From Nitrospirota bacterium (GTDB lineage Bacteria > Nitrospirota > Thermodesulfovibrionia > JACRGW01 > JBFLZU01), in assembly GCA_040756155.1 (NCBI GenBank), contig JBFLZU010000070.1:1-50127 (forward strand): 50,127 nt of DNA. The letters run 5' to 3'. The notes below the pieces were generated by a model. The model ran no database searches. It worked only from the letters and a program-made list of their open reading frames with translations, and was not told the origin of the DNA. Positions 50,001 to 50,127 of this stretch are shown piece after piece. How positions within the stretch are numbered: the stretch's first letter is position 1; every line of letters begins with the position of its first letter. Both the position numbers and the translations under genes were made by a program.

Positions 50001-50127
50001 AATTCTTTGGAGAGTTTGATCCTGGCTCAGAACGAACGCTGGCGGCGCGCCTAACACATGCAAGTCGGACGGGCCTTGTGTGTAGCACAAGGAAATTTGA
50101 AGCACGAAGCACCAAATCCGAAACAAA
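50001..50127 (+). rRNA. rrs: 16S rRNA gene, 5' end only (runs off the window)
   Basis: Contains GAGAGTTTGATCCTGGCTCAGAACGAACGCTGGCGGCGCGCCTAACACATGCAAGTCGGACGG, the universal 5' domain including the 27F primer site. Confidence 0.95.

Overview
About 50 kb of a fairly AT-rich bacterial chromosome, almost entirely core housekeeping genes. The lineage guess (a deep-branching anaerobe, Nitrospirota/Thermodesulfovibrionia-like) rests only on gene content and the 16S start and is low confidence.

Gene order, left to right:
- Fructose-1,6-bisphosphate aldolase/phosphatase, then a 1444-aa double-activase/dehydratase-like fusion.
- A visibly AT-richer accessory islet at about 5.6-9.0 kb. It holds a free-standing HTH-LAGLIDADG protein, a frameshifted membrane protein, a RelE/ParE toxin-antitoxin pair and two decayed gene remnants.
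- Geranylgeranyl reductase.
- The minus-strand block mreB-mreC-mreD-mrdA-rodA, radical SAM (TIGR03960/03936-like), rng, and an unannotated bS22-like mini-gene.
- Transaldolase, a GlcF-like Fe-S protein and rpmB.
- infB, DUF503, rbfA, nrnA, truB, rpsO, pnp and an M16 peptidase.
- cobO-cobU-cobS-cobC.
- myo-inositol-1-phosphate synthase plus a CDP-alcohol phosphatidyltransferase, sitting behind an IS1-like transposase stump.
- tyrS.
- The co-directional block tupABC-phoBR-pstSCAB-phoU.
- An rRNA promoter and the first ~125 nt of a 16S rRNA gene.

I found no tRNA gene, CRISPR array or recognisable defence system.

The most unusual signal is not a gene. It is a set of short periodic repeat families: a 7-nt unit AACTCNN/GAGTTNN, often arranged as hairpins, and an 8-nt unit GTGCTGCG. 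They sit inside otherwise conserved ORFs without breaking the frame, in interdomain linkers, N-termini and a kinase surface loop. They also occur in a 5' leader and possibly in the V1 loop of the 16S gene. Classical palindromic intergenic elements fill several operon gaps alongside them.

All functional calls come from reading motifs in the supplied translations; no database search was possible.
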